DNA of 63,999 nt, filler included, from Thermoplasmatota archaeon (GCA_041623215.1; 4 parts of 4 records of this genome joined end to end with filler, not necessarily neighbours in it), one strand, 5' to 3'; counted from the first letter of the whole stretch, positions 29,726 through 40,273 are shown. Notes: generated by a model not told the origin, from the letters alone. Made by a program: numbers and translations.

Positions 29726-30946
29726 ATGCACAAGGCCATGGTTGTCTTGCTACTTGCCGGCATAAGCCTGGCAGGATGCCTGTCAGAAACGCCCGAACCA
29801 GAAACCGAGGACGATGCCACGAGCGACCGGGAGGCCATGCCAGTCGCGTGGGAGCCTGTGACCGCTTTCGGCGCCATTAGCTCCGTTGACATCCCCAACG
29901 GCGGCGGCCAGGGCATCTGGATTACGGGCGACACGCTCTACGTCACCAACGGCGGCGACCTGCACGTGTACGATGCAACCGACCGGCTGGAACCGGTTCT
30001 GGTTGGCTCGTTGGAGGACGTGGGGGCGCGCGACGTCGACATCATGGAATGGCAGGGCCGGACCTACGCGCTGCTGGCAGGAAGCGGCCTCGGCATGCAC
30101 ATCGTGGACGTCACCGACGCCGCCAACCCGACGCTCGTTACCACCATGGTGTTGCCCAGCGCTGGCGTGCACAACTTGGCCGTCGTAGAAGGGACACCGT
30201 TTGTGTATTCATCTGGAGCATCCGGCCAAGAGCGCCGCATCGATGTGCTGGACCTCACGGAACCCGCCAACCCCACGGTGCACACCTTCCCCATCCCGCT
30301 GACCATGCAAGGCCGCCCCATCCAGTCCGACGGCTGCCATGACATCAGTGTCCGCGTGGACCTGGGCCGCGCGTACTGTGCTGGCGGCGGCGGCTACTAC
30401 ACGGCAGGCGGCGGCGAGTCGTTCATCTGGGACATTTCCGAGGACCCCACCAACCCTGTGTGGCTCGGCGTTATGGATGACCCACGCATCGCCTACCACC
30501 ACCAAGCCTTCGCCAACGAAAGCGGCGAATTGCTGATTGTCAACGACGAATTCATCGCTCCCAACTGCCACCGCGCCGAATCCCCGCTGCCCGGGGCCTT
30601 CGACCCGCAGGTCCCCACGGGTGCCGCTTGGGTTTGGGACATTTCCGATGAAACCTCCCCGGTGCTTCGCTCCGTCGTTCAGAACCCCGCTGGAACGCTC
30701 GACGAGGAAGGCAACCCCGACCCGACCATCAACTGCGGCAGCCACTTTGGTGACGCAATTCCCAACGAAAACAAGTTCGTCATGGGATGGTATCAAGGCG
30801 GCACCATGCTGGTCAGTTACGAAGACCCCGACAACCCGGTCATCTTGGACATCCTCGAGCCCGACGGAAGCACCTGGGAAAGCATGGTCCACGAGCGCTA
30901 TGTGTACCACAGCAGCAGCACGCTGCAAGTGACGCCGTTCGTCTAG
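29726..30946 (+). CDS. LVIVD-repeat beta-propeller lipoprotein
   Basis: LAGC lipobox; MHIVDVTD..NP and WDISEDP.NP repeats; His-rich (VHN, CHD, HHQ, SHF). Confidence 0.75.
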   Translation: MHKAMVVLLLAGISLAGCLSETPEPETEDDATSDREAMPVAWEPVTAFGAISSVDIPNGGGQGIWITGDTLYVTNGGDLHVYDATDRLEPVLVGSLEDVGARDVDIMEWQGRTYALLAGSGLGMHIVDVTDAANPTLVTTMVLPSAGVHNLAVVEGTPFVYSSGASGQERRIDVLDLTEPANPTVHTFPIPLTMQGRPIQSDGCHDISVRVDLGRAYCAGGGGYYTAGGGESFIWDISEDPTNPVWLGVMDDPRIAYHHQAFANESGELLIVNDEFIAPNCHRAESPLPGAFDPQVPTGAAWVWDISDETSPVLRSVVQNPAGTLDEEGNPDPTINCGSHFGDAIPNENKFVMGWYQGGTMLVSYEDPDNPVILDILEPDGSTWESMVHERYVYHSSSTLQVTPFV

Positions 30947-30947
30947 C

Positions 30948-31223
30948 ATGAAGGCCGTGCGGCTACGAATCACCGGCCACGTCCAGGGCGTATGGTATCG
31001 AGACAGCGCCGTTCGTGAAGCGCAGCGATTAGGCCTTGCCGGCTGGATCCGTAATCGCGACGACGGGAGCGTCGAAGCGTGGGCGCAAGGCCCACACAGC
31101 GAAGTGGACGCATTTGTGGCATGGTGCCACCATGGTCCCGAGCGCGCCGACGTCATGGAGGTGGCGACAACGGACGTCCCAGCGACAACCTTGACTGACT
31201 TCGAGCGTCGGCCCACCGCTTAG
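30948..31223 (+). CDS. acyP: Acylphosphatase
   Basis: G.VQGVWYR, GWIRN..DGSVE, GP..A.V. Confidence 0.92.
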   Translation: MKAVRLRITGHVQGVWYRDSAVREAQRLGLAGWIRNRDDGSVEAWAQGPHSEVDAFVAWCHHGPERADVMEVATTDVPATTLTDFERRPTA

Positions 31224-31288
31224 GTAAGGGCAGCGCCAGCGCCGGCATCCGCCCGAACGGCTTCAAGGCAGCAGCGCCCTGCCGCGCC

Positions 31289-32104
31289 ATGGCCTTTCAT
31301 GACCCGCTCGTTTCTCGCTACGCCGCTGCCCCCGAATGGATGCAGACGGCCACGCGTGTCGTGGCCGTGGTCGCCCTGGGATGGCTCGCCATCCGCTTTG
31401 TCCGGCCCCTGATTGTCCGAGCGATTCGCCGGGCGCCCGGCTTGGAGCCGACGCTAGCCACCTTCATCGTCCGGACCTTCAAGGGCCTCAGTTGGATTAT
31501 CGTCGCCATCATCGCGTTAGGTGTAGCTGGGGTGGATGCCACGGCGTTGGCAGGTGGCGTTGCGGTGGGCGGCTTCATCGTGGGTTTCGCTGTCAAGGAT
31601 ACGCTTGGCAACTTGGCCGCCGGCATTACCCTCCTCTTGTACCGACCGTTTGTGGTTGGCGACACGGTCACCATTGCTGGCGTCGACGGCGAAGTTCGAG
31701 CCGTAGGTTTGGCCCTGACAACCATCAAGCCGGGCGACGCCCGCATTGCCACCATCCCCAACAGCAAGGTGCTCGGTGACACCATCATCAATCATACTCG
31801 CGAGCCGCTTCGCCGCGCCGATGTCACGGTGGGAATTGCTTACGACGACGACATTGACACGGCCGTCAAGGCGATTCTGACGGCCGTGGCCGCAGAGCCC
31901 CGCGTAGTCGCCGACCCAGAGCCTTCAGTGCGCATCACGGCGCTCGGCGCCTCCAGCGTCGACTTGCAGGTACGGCCCTGGGTGCGCACGGAGGATTTCT
32001 TTGCCACGCGAGCTGACCTGCACGCCGTCATCAAGGGGGCAGTGGAAGGCGCCGGTTGCTCCATTCCCTTCCCGCAGCGCGAAATCCACGTCCACAACGT
32101 CTAA
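31289..32104 (+). CDS. mscS: Small-conductance mechanosensitive channel
   Basis: Three TMs, GFAVKDTLGNLAAG, RPF.VGD, IPN, IPFPQR. Confidence 0.9.
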   Translation: MAFHDPLVSRYAAAPEWMQTATRVVAVVALGWLAIRFVRPLIVRAIRRAPGLEPTLATFIVRTFKGLSWIIVAIIALGVAGVDATALAGGVAVGGFIVGFAVKDTLGNLAAGITLLLYRPFVVGDTVTIAGVDGEVRAVGLALTTIKPGDARIATIPNSKVLGDTIINHTREPLRRADVTVGIAYDDDIDTAVKAILTAVAAEPRVVADPEPSVRITALGASSVDLQVRPWVRTEDFFATRADLHAVIKGAVEGAGCSIPFPQREIHVHNV

Positions 32105-32126
32105 GGGCACGGGAGAAGCCGCCGGT

Positions 32127-33482
32127 ATGCCCATGGCCGTTGCGCGCGCCCCACTCACTTGCCTGCTGGCATTGACGCTACTTTGCGTGTCGGTGGCCGG
32201 ATGCCTTGATGAGCAACCGGCAACGCCCAGTCCGCCGCCCCCGAATCCGGGCGACGACGCGCGCGTGTTGGAAGACCCGCTTGCTGCGTGGGCAGCCGGA
32301 AATCAATCCGCCAACCTCGACCGCGTCGGCGAATGGCGAAACGGGGGCGGCCAAGAAGCGGATGCCTGGAGCCACTACCTCGCCGTTGACCGCGGCAGCC
32401 AGGTGGACATCCTCGACATCAGCAATGTTGTAGCCCCCGAACGCGTGGCAACGGTGCAAGACTTCGGCGGCAGCGTTCTTGATGTCAAATGGACCGATGA
32501 CGGGGCATGGATGATCATCGGCGACGACGCCGAGGGCGGTGGGACGCCCCTGGATGGAACCGGACCCATGACCGGCGGCTTCTACGTCTTTGACACCAGT
32601 GACCCGGAGGCCCCGGCACTCGCCTCATTCCTTGGCGTCGGCCCGCGCCGTGGCCCCCACATGGTGGCCACGTTGACCACCGACGAGCTTGGCACCCTCG
32701 TGTTTGGCGCCAATGCAGACATCAGCATCAACCAGCTTGACGAAACAACCGGCGCCTTGACGCCCCTGTCCCGCTACACGCCCCTGCTCACCGATTGGAA
32801 CCGTGACCCCGAAGTCTTCGACGTTTTGTACCAAGGCTGGGCCCACGACATGTTTCCCCTAAGCGACCCTGAAAACGGCGCCCTCCTGTTCGTTGCCAAC
32901 TGGGATGCAGGTCTTCGCATCGTGGACATCAACGACCCCGCCAATCCGGTCGAGCTTGGCGCCTGGATGGACTTTCCCAGCGGCCACGAAGGCAACCTCC
33001 ACACCGTGGCTGCGGCATGGATTGACGACCGCCGCATCGTGGTTGGGAGCACAGAAGTTGGCTTCGCGGTGGTCGGCGGTACGCATTACGCCCAAGGCAC
33101 CGACCGCAGCATCGTGTACGTCTGGGACGCCACCGACCTCACCAAGCCAACGCTGCTTGGATGGTGGGAGAACCCAGACCACGCCCCCTCCGGCCGCGAC
33201 AACGTGCCCGGTGAGACCGTCACCAGCACACACAACTTGCAACTTGTCAACGGGCGCGTCTATCTGGCTCATTACGCGCTTGGCGTGTGGGTGCTCGACA
33301 TTGCAAGCCCGGCGCTCCAGGCCAAACCCGGGACGCTTGCCTACTACCTCGAAGATGGCCAAGACACCTGGGACGTGGTCCTGCATCAGGGCATTTTGTG
33401 GACCTCCGGCACCGAGGGGGTGCTGGGCCTCCATTACCCCGCGGACGAATTGGGGCCCAACGGACCTACTGGAAGCGCCTGA
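32127..33482 (+). CDS. LVIVD-repeat beta-propeller lipoprotein
   Basis: VAGC lipobox; GLRIVDINDPANP, STHN, AHY..GVWVLD. Confidence 0.75.
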   Translation: MPMAVARAPLTCLLALTLLCVSVAGCLDEQPATPSPPPPNPGDDARVLEDPLAAWAAGNQSANLDRVGEWRNGGGQEADAWSHYLAVDRGSQVDILDISNVVAPERVATVQDFGGSVLDVKWTDDGAWMIIGDDAEGGGTPLDGTGPMTGGFYVFDTSDPEAPALASFLGVGPRRGPHMVATLTTDELGTLVFGANADISINQLDETTGALTPLSRYTPLLTDWNRDPEVFDVLYQGWAHDMFPLSDPENGALLFVANWDAGLRIVDINDPANPVELGAWMDFPSGHEGNLHTVAAAWIDDRRIVVGSTEVGFAVVGGTHYAQGTDRSIVYVWDATDLTKPTLLGWWENPDHAPSGRDNVPGETVTSTHNLQLVNGRVYLAHYALGVWVLDIASPALQAKPGTLAYYLEDGQDTWDVVLHQGILWTSGTEGVLGLHYPADELGPNGPTGSA

Positions 33483-33594
33483 GCCCGCTCAATCCGTCCC
33501 TCCGCCGCCGTGCCAAGGCAACGGGGCTGGCGGCCACGAACCGTGCGACTGACCGGTCACAGCCCTTAAGGCCCGCCAACGCCCAATCAGGGCC

Positions 33595-34338
33595 GTGACC
33601 CGGCTGCCCGTCCTGCTTGGCCTGACAACCCTTTCACTCGTCCTAGCTGGCTGCTCCGACCTGCTTGGCAACATCGAAGGCGCACTCGACACCCCCGACC
33701 CGTTCGATTACGTGAGCGACGCAGACTATGGTCGTTGGGTGATTGAAGTGGACGCCGTGGCGGGCGCCGAGCCCCCCCAGGGAGCCATCGACTTGGCGCG
33801 CCAACGCATGCAATCGGTCGTGACCAAACCGCAGGGCATCAGTTTCGCCACCGGCGACACACTGCCCGGCAAGGGCGGCCCCTACACCATTGCGGACATT
33901 CAGACACTTGCCGAAGAACATCGCGACCAACCGCATGGCCGCGACGGCACGGCCACCACCTACGTCCTGTACCTAGACGGCCGGTACGCTGAGGATGGCG
34001 ATGTTCTGGGCGTGGCCTTCGGCGGCGACACCATCGCGCTGTTTAGTGACCGCATCGATGACGCGGCCAACATTTTGGTCAGTTCAGGTACCGTCCACCG
34101 TGCTGTACTGGTGCATGAGCTGGGGCACATTCTCGGCCTCGTCAACAACGGCCTTCCCATGCAGCGCGACCACGAAGATTCGGGGCACCCGGGCCACAGC
34201 GACAACCGCGGCTCGGTGATGTATTGGGCAGTGGAGACAACTAACATTGTCACGCTCGTCCAAAATGGGGGCAGCATCCCCACCAACTTTGACGCCGAGG
34301 ACCGCGCCGACCTGTGCGCTGCAGGCGGCAAGTGCTAG
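33595..34338 (+). CDS. Zinc metalloprotease lipoprotein (metzincin-like)
   Basis: LAGC; HELGHILGL; downstream His and SVMY Met-turn. Confidence 0.8.
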   Translation: MTRLPVLLGLTTLSLVLAGCSDLLGNIEGALDTPDPFDYVSDADYGRWVIEVDAVAGAEPPQGAIDLARQRMQSVVTKPQGISFATGDTLPGKGGPYTIADIQTLAEEHRDQPHGRDGTATTYVLYLDGRYAEDGDVLGVAFGGDTIALFSDRIDDAANILVSSGTVHRAVLVHELGHILGLVNNGLPMQRDHEDSGHPGHSDNRGSVMYWAVETTNIVTLVQNGGSIPTNFDAEDRADLCAAGGKC

Positions 34339-34415
34339 GCGACGGCGGTAACGGGTCGCTTCGACGGCGCGTTCCAGCCGCTCCCTTTTAGCGCCCCGAC
34401 ACGCTCGTAGCGCCG

Positions 34416-36632
34416 ATGGCCCAATCCCAGTGCCTTCCCACGCCGGACGCCCCGTGCCGTGTCAACCTGGACCTCATGCCGGCCGATACAGCGACGTGGA
34501 TGTACGCCCTGACGGCACTTGGCTTCCTGGTGTTTGCCTACGGCATCTACCAAATGGTAAGCGTGTGGCGGCTTGGCCAAGCGTGGAAAACAGGGGACCT
34601 CAAGGAGGGCGCCAAGCGATTCGTCGTGGCCATCATGACGCACCGCAAGTTCCGCCAGCAACGAAAGCCCGGGGAAATGCACGCCTACATTTTCTTCGGC
34701 TTCCTGGCACTCTTCATCACCACCACCATCGTGGCGATTGACGCGGACTTCTTCGAGCTCATCCTAGGCAAGAAGCTGCTGTTTGGCTACCAATACTTGT
34801 TCCTGGAGGCATTTGCTGACTTCTTCGGTTTGGTCTTCGTCCTGGGTCTGGCCTACGCCATGCACCGACGCTACGTGGTCAACCCGAAGCACTTGCCCAA
34901 TCGCCCTGGCGACCTTGCCGCGCTTCTGTTTCTTCTCGCCATTGGACTAACCGGCTTTGTCATGGAGGCGCTTCGCTTGCAGCACCAAGTCCTGGAGCAC
35001 GGCATCAACTACGCCAGTTGGAGCTTCGTGGGCGAAGCCATCCGGCGCCTTGCCTTTCGCAGCCTGACCACAGCGGACATTCAGCCAATCTACCAGACGC
35101 TGTGGTGGACGCATTTTGCCCTATGGACCAGCACCTACGCCATTCTGCCTTGGACCAAGATGCGCCACATCGTCACGAGCAGCCTCAACATTTTGTTCAC
35201 CGACCCCAAGCGGCAGGCATTGCCCGAGCTGAACGCGCCGTTTGACCTGCCCAAGATGATGGCTGAGGGCGACACCGATTTGCCGACGACTGTGGGCGTA
35301 TCGACGATTCGCGACTTTACCTGGAAAGACCGCTTGGCCTTGGACGCCTGCACCAACTGCGGTCGCTGCGAATCCATGTGTCCAGCGGACAAGGCTGGCC
35401 GTCCCCTGTCCCCCCGCCAACTCATTCAAGATCTTCGGGATGAGATGTGGCGTGATTACAAGGAGGGCCGCGGCAACAAGGACCACCAGCCGCGCAAGCT
35501 CACAGAGGCCAACGGGGTGTCGCAAGCAATCGAGGAAACCACGCTGTGGTCCTGCACCACCTGTCGTGCCTGCATGACAGAATGCCCGGTCGACATCAAC
35601 CACGTGGATCTCATCGTGGACATGCGGCGCGCGCTGGTCATGGATAGCAAGCTCGACGAGCACCAAAGCAATCTCCTCGTCAATCTCACCAACACCGGCA
35701 ACCCGTACGGCTTTGCTGCCAGCGACCGCGCAGACTGGACCGCCGGTTTGCCAAGCGGCGTCAAAGTCCCCCTGGCCTCGGACAAGGCGGCACGGGGCGA
35801 AGGCGTGGACACGTTGTGGTGGGTGGGTTGCAGCGGCAGCTACGACCCTCGTAACAACGAAGTCACCCGCTCCGTCGCGACCATCCTCAACGCCGCCGAA
35901 GTGGACTTTGCCATTTTGGGGACAGAGGAGCGCTGCAACGGCGACCCCGCCCGTCGGCTCGGGGAGGAGGGGCGCTTCCAGCAATCGGTGATGGAAAACC
36001 TCGCCACACTCACCCAGTACGGCGTCAAGACCATCATCACGCAGTGCCCCCATTGCTTCAACACCTTCGCCAACGAGTACCCGCAATTCGGCGGCGACTT
36101 CGAGGTCATTCACCATACGCAGTACATTGAACGGTTGATTGACGACGGAAAACTACCCCTGAAGGATGGCGCCGAGATGAAGGTCACCTACCACGATTCT
36201 TGCTACTTGGGGCGCCATAACGGCATCTTTGACGCCCCCCGGCGCGTCCTCGAGAAGACGGGCGGCGGCTTGCCGGTGCTGGAAATGGCCCAATCCAAGG
36301 AACAAGGCCTGTGCTGTGGCGCCGGCGGCGCCAACATGTGGTACGAGGTGCCGGAGGAAGGCGACCGCATCAACGTCATTCGGGCCAAGCAGGCCGCCGA
36401 AACGGGCGCCGACACCGTGGCCACGGCGTGCCCCTTCTGTTTGACCATGATGAAGGACGGCCTCAGCTTGACTGGTAATGACGAAGAGGGCGGCGGCAGC
36501 ATGGTTGCACTGGACCTAGCGGAAATTGTCGCTCGGAACCTGGACTGGGAGCCGGTAGCGGAGGAATCCGCCGGCGATGACACGCCCAGCCCAGGAGAAC
36601 AGGCCGCAGCGGCCCCCGTGTGGGTGGGATAA
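34416..36632 (+). CDS. Membrane-bound Fe-S oxidoreductase (FadF/HdrE-HdrD-like fusion)
   Basis: N-terminal TMs with His; CTNCGRCESMCP and CTTCRACMTECP; CCG domains (HDSC, CCGAGG, ACPFC). Confidence 0.85.
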   Translation: MAQSQCLPTPDAPCRVNLDLMPADTATWMYALTALGFLVFAYGIYQMVSVWRLGQAWKTGDLKEGAKRFVVAIMTHRKFRQQRKPGEMHAYIFFGFLALFITTTIVAIDADFFELILGKKLLFGYQYLFLEAFADFFGLVFVLGLAYAMHRRYVVNPKHLPNRPGDLAALLFLLAIGLTGFVMEALRLQHQVLEHGINYASWSFVGEAIRRLAFRSLTTADIQPIYQTLWWTHFALWTSTYAILPWTKMRHIVTSSLNILFTDPKRQALPELNAPFDLPKMMAEGDTDLPTTVGVSTIRDFTWKDRLALDACTNCGRCESMCPADKAGRPLSPRQLIQDLRDEMWRDYKEGRGNKDHQPRKLTEANGVSQAIEETTLWSCTTCRACMTECPVDINHVDLIVDMRRALVMDSKLDEHQSNLLVNLTNTGNPYGFAASDRADWTAGLPSGVKVPLASDKAARGEGVDTLWWVGCSGSYDPRNNEVTRSVATILNAAEVDFAILGTEERCNGDPARRLGEEGRFQQSVMENLATLTQYGVKTIITQCPHCFNTFANEYPQFGGDFEVIHHTQYIERLIDDGKLPLKDGAEMKVTYHDSCYLGRHNGIFDAPRRVLEKTGGGLPVLEMAQSKEQGLCCGAGGANMWYEVPEEGDRINVIRAKQAAETGADTVATACPFCLTMMKDGLSLTGNDEEGGGSMVALDLAEIVARNLDWEPVAEESAGDDTPSPGEQAAAAPVWVG

Positions 36633-36752
36633 CAGGCCCTGTTTTTCGCCATGGTGAGGCCACGACTCATATAGGACATGGGGGCCTATGGGCATGTTAC
36701 TGGAGCCAGACGGCCAAAAACGCTAAAGGACACGCTCGACACATGGCCCGCT

Positions 36753-38096
36753 ATGCGCGTAGCGAAGGCAGCCGTGTTCCTCCTGGTGGCCTCCCTGTTC
36801 TTGGTATCTGCTCCAGGCGGTCAGGCCCAAATTCAGAATCCGAACGTCAGTACGCCGACCACCCTGTACTTCCACATTTTTGACACCTTCAACAAGTTCC
36901 CCATCAACACCCAGATGCCGGACGTGGAATTCTTCGAGGTGGGCGGCACCAGTTTCCCCACCATTGCGTCCCAGGGGTACGACTTCAACACCATTTACGG
37001 GTACTCAACGGCAGGCCCCGTCGAATACGACTTCATTGAGAATGGGCGACCTCGCTTCCACCCGGAGCGGGGCATCGCCAGTGATGTAAGCATTGACGCG
37101 TCCGTCCAGCCGACGCTGTACTTCTACATCGATGTCCGGGACTTCTTCAGTACCAGCAGCCTTGGCGGCCCCATCTGCGAGCCGCCCGCACCCTGCGTTG
37201 ACGGCTCCGCCTGGGAAGGCGCCCCCAACGCATTGCCTTCCTTCACGGTGCGCGCCACCATGCGCGAGGGCGACGACATTGGCGCCGATCTTGACTCCGG
37301 CGCCATCATCATGTCCGGCGAAATGACCGCCCACATTGTTGATGGGCAAACCGTTGCGGCCAACGATGCCTTTGCCGGCCAAACGGGCCCCGACGGACAC
37401 CCCGTGTACGTCCCCGACGAAAGTGGGTTTGTGGAATTCGCCATCCCCCTCCAAGTGGGGCAGAACATCATTCGCGCCAGCGAGGCGTTCAACCTACGCA
37501 TTGACTGGTTCCAGAACCCCGGCGGATTGGCTGAGGACGACGAGTACGCCGAGGGCTACATGCGCCTTGGCTTCGACGCCGACCACCTGCCGCGCCTGGA
37601 AATGAACATCAACAACCCGGTGTACATCTCCTTCATTCACCCGCAAGTGGCGGCCGGGCAACTGCTCATCCACACGGGCGTTAACTCGCCGTGGGGCACC
37701 TACGATGTTGACGCCAAGAATATCTCGCTCACCGTCAGCGGGCCCAGCGCGCCCCAAACGCTACAGCAAGTGGTTGCACAGAACCAGCATGTGCATGGTT
37801 TGCACCACTTGGACGCCGAGATTACCTACCTCTGGCCGTTCCGGTCCGAAGAGGCTGCCAACGGCGAATACACCATCCGCATGGAGGTCCCCAATCAGGC
37901 GGGCACCTCTACGGCAAAGGGTCAAGCCACCTTCATCATTGAAGGCAAGAAAACCATCACCTTGGACGACCAAGGCGAGGAAATTGAGGAGGTCAAGACC
38001 GACGACGGCAACCAGGACAGCCCCGGTGCCGGTCTCCTTCTGATTGCACCCATGCTGGCCGCGCTGGCCGCGGTCATCCGGAGGCGCCGCGCATGA
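36753..38096 (+). CDS. Secreted protein with PGF-CTERM-like tail
   Basis: Signal peptide; DSPGA + TM + RRRRA. Confidence 0.7.
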   Translation: MRVAKAAVFLLVASLFLVSAPGGQAQIQNPNVSTPTTLYFHIFDTFNKFPINTQMPDVEFFEVGGTSFPTIASQGYDFNTIYGYSTAGPVEYDFIENGRPRFHPERGIASDVSIDASVQPTLYFYIDVRDFFSTSSLGGPICEPPAPCVDGSAWEGAPNALPSFTVRATMREGDDIGADLDSGAIIMSGEMTAHIVDGQTVAANDAFAGQTGPDGHPVYVPDESGFVEFAIPLQVGQNIIRASEAFNLRIDWFQNPGGLAEDDEYAEGYMRLGFDADHLPRLEMNINNPVYISFIHPQVAAGQLLIHTGVNSPWGTYDVDAKNISLTVSGPSAPQTLQQVVAQNQHVHGLHHLDAEITYLWPFRSEEAANGEYTIRMEVPNQAGTSTAKGQATFIIEGKKTITLDDQGEEIEEVKTDDGNQDSPGAGLLLIAPMLAALAAVIRRRRA

Positions 38097-39049
38097 AAGT
38101 CCTGGCAGCTGTCGTCATCCTGATGGCGGTGTCCTTGGCGGGGTGCGCAGACGATGCGCCCCCGACCACCGTCGTCGAGACCGATGACGGTGAAGAGAAG
38201 GAAATCGCCGTTGGCAAGGGCGGAATCCTCGGCCTCGTCATCGACGACCGCTTCCGCCCCATCCCCGGCGCCCTGGTGCTCATCCAACCCGCCGGCGTAA
38301 CCGTCACCGCCAACAACAACGGCGAATTCGAAGTCAACGACCTCGACCCCGGCGCCTACTCCCTACGGGTATCCGCCGAAGGCCACGAAGCCGCCCCTGA
38401 AACCGTCAACGTGGAAGAAGGAAAATTCACGGAGAAGAGCCTGCTGGCTCGCCGAACGCTCAGCGAAGGCGGGCAAATTGCCACGCAAGAGTTCAGCGTG
38501 TTCATCCCGTGTGCAGCAGACTTCGTCGTCAACGGCGTTGTCGCCAACTGTGTGCTTGACTTGTCGGGCGATACCTACCGCGCTGGCTTCAACCCTGACT
38601 TCTCGGAGGCTGGCGAAAACATCACCTTCCTCGTCATCGAGATGAAGTCGAATGCCGTCGGTAACTACGCGGTCCAGTTCCGAGAGGACGATGGGTCCAG
38701 CGCGGGCGGAAACCGCTACGTGGTTGGTACGGCCCTAGACACCGACTACCACAAGATGGTCCTCGAGCGCGGCGTCGTCAACACCGAGTTCAACGAACAG
38801 AACAACAACGTTGCCTGGAACAACACCGAGGAGAACCCCGCTGAGGTCATCATGTTCATGCAGGGCGACTACAAGGGCGAGATCGAAGGCGCCGGCAGCG
38901 CGGCTTGCGTGGACCCCGAAGTCCAAGGCGGCACTGGCTGCAACTGGCGCGGCGTTGGCGCCCAGTTCGGCATTAAGGCCCAATTCATCCTGAGCGCCTT
39001 CATCGACGAGCCGGAAGTTGACGTGAACAGCTACTGCGTCCTCTGCTAG
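38093..39049 (+). CDS. Lipoprotein with carboxypeptidase-regulatory-like domain
   Basis: LAGC; G.I.G.V.D....PIPGA.V...G.F....LDPG.Y.L.VSA.G. Confidence 0.75.
   Translation: MKVLAAVVILMAVSLAGCADDAPPTTVVETDDGEEKEIAVGKGGILGLVIDDRFRPIPGALVLIQPAGVTVTANNNGEFEVNDLDPGAYSLRVSAEGHEAAPETVNVEEGKFTEKSLLARRTLSEGGQIATQEFSVFIPCAADFVVNGVVANCVLDLSGDTYRAGFNPDFSEAGENITFLVIEMKSNAVGNYAVQFREDDGSSAGGNRYVVGTALDTDYHKMVLERGVVNTEFNEQNNNVAWNNTEENPAEVIMFMQGDYKGEIEGAGSAACVDPEVQGGTGCNWRGVGAQFGIKAQFILSAFIDEPEVDVNSYCVLC
38213..38402 (+). repeat. 190-bp direct repeat, copy 1
   Basis: Matches 39178-39367 with 6 mismatches by manual alignment. Confidence 0.9.
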
Positions 39050-39057
39050 GTGCGCCC

Positions 39058-39367
39058 ATGAGAATCCCGCTTGTCACGTTGATTCTTGCCGCAACTGCCT
39101 TGGCTGGCTGCGCCGACGACGCTCCCGCAACCACCGTTGTCGAGACGGAAGCCGGCGAGGAGAAGGAGCTTGAAATCGGCAAGGGCGGCATCCTTGGCCT
39201 CGTCATCGACGACCGCTTCCGCCCCATCCCCGGCGCCCTCGTCCTCATCCAACCCGCCGGCGTAACCATCACCGCCAACAACAACGGCGAATTCGAAGTC
39301 AACGACCTCGACCCCGGCGCCTACTCCCTACGCGTATCCGCCGAAGGCCACGAAGCCGCCCCTGAAA
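39058..39367 (+). CDS. Paralogous lipoprotein, truncated at the contig end
   Basis: LAGC; same domain as 38093-39049. Confidence 0.75.
39178..39367 (+). repeat. 190-bp direct repeat, copy 2
   Basis: Matches 38213-38402; the contig ends inside it. Confidence 0.9.
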
Positions 39368-39467
39368 NNNNNNNNNNNNNNNNNNNNNNNNNNNNNNNNN
39401 NNNNNNNNNNNTTAATTAATTAANNNNNNNNNNNNNNNNNNNNNNNNNNNNNNNNNNNNNNNNNNNN
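39368..39467. other. Artificial contig linker
   Basis: N run containing TTAATTAATTAA. Confidence 0.98.
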
Positions 39468-40273
39468 GCGTCGGCGCCATCGGCATCGACGGCGGCTAGG
39501 GCGCCGGATTCACTGGGAAGCGCCGCGAGGATATGCTGCAGTGCGGCCAAGCCTTCGGCCGGACCGTTCGACAATTCGGTCTTCAGCTCTTGGCGCGCTG
39601 CGGCCAAGTCAGGGACCAAGTCGGTTGATGCTTGGGCGAGAATTGTGCTCGCCAACGCGTCCAAGTCGGCCGGTGGCAATGCCCGCACGGTGGCGGGGGC
39701 GCCATGTGCCTGGGCCTGCGAGAGGCGGCCTTCCAAGGTCGCCATCTGCTGGTCAACTTCAAGGCGACTTTGCAGGTCAAGCGCGGCCACGGCCTGCTGC
39801 GTCTCCATGAGCGCCGCCAGGGCACTTCGAACGTGGCCTTGGTCCAGCAGCGGAACCAAGTGGGCAACATCGATGTCCTCGCCGCCTTGTGCGGCAAGCC
39901 AGGCGGCACGTTGGGATGGCGTGAGGCCAGCTAGCGCTTGTTCCTGATGCCAGAGTGCTTGGAGCATTCCTTGCAGGCCAAGCGTGGCGGTCGTGAGGTA
40001 GGCCGGGTCCTTCTGGTGCAGATCGTCCAGTTGGGCCAATAGTTCCGAGGCGGCCGGTGTACCTGGTCGAACACCGGCAAGAAGGAACGCCATTTCCTCC
40101 AGGGTAAGGGCGGCCACGTCGCCGTCCGTCCACGCCGCGGGGGGCCATGCGGCAAGAGGATCAGACGGCGACGTGGCGCCCGTCGTGGCCTGGCCGAAGC
40201 CGGGCAGAATGAACAAAAGGGCCGCCACGAGGGCGGCAAGCGTGCGCAGGCGCTGACCAGGGTTGCGGTACAT
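39468..40273 (-). CDS. Secreted helical protein, 3'-truncated
   Basis: Signal peptide; Ala/Leu/Gln-rich helical region running into the gap. Confidence 0.6.

Noticed and set aside
38213..39367. Repeat pair with AAC codons as a possible DGR template/variable region
   Set aside because: Mismatches are not adenine-specific, both copies are N-terminal coding sequence, and no reverse transcriptase is present in the window
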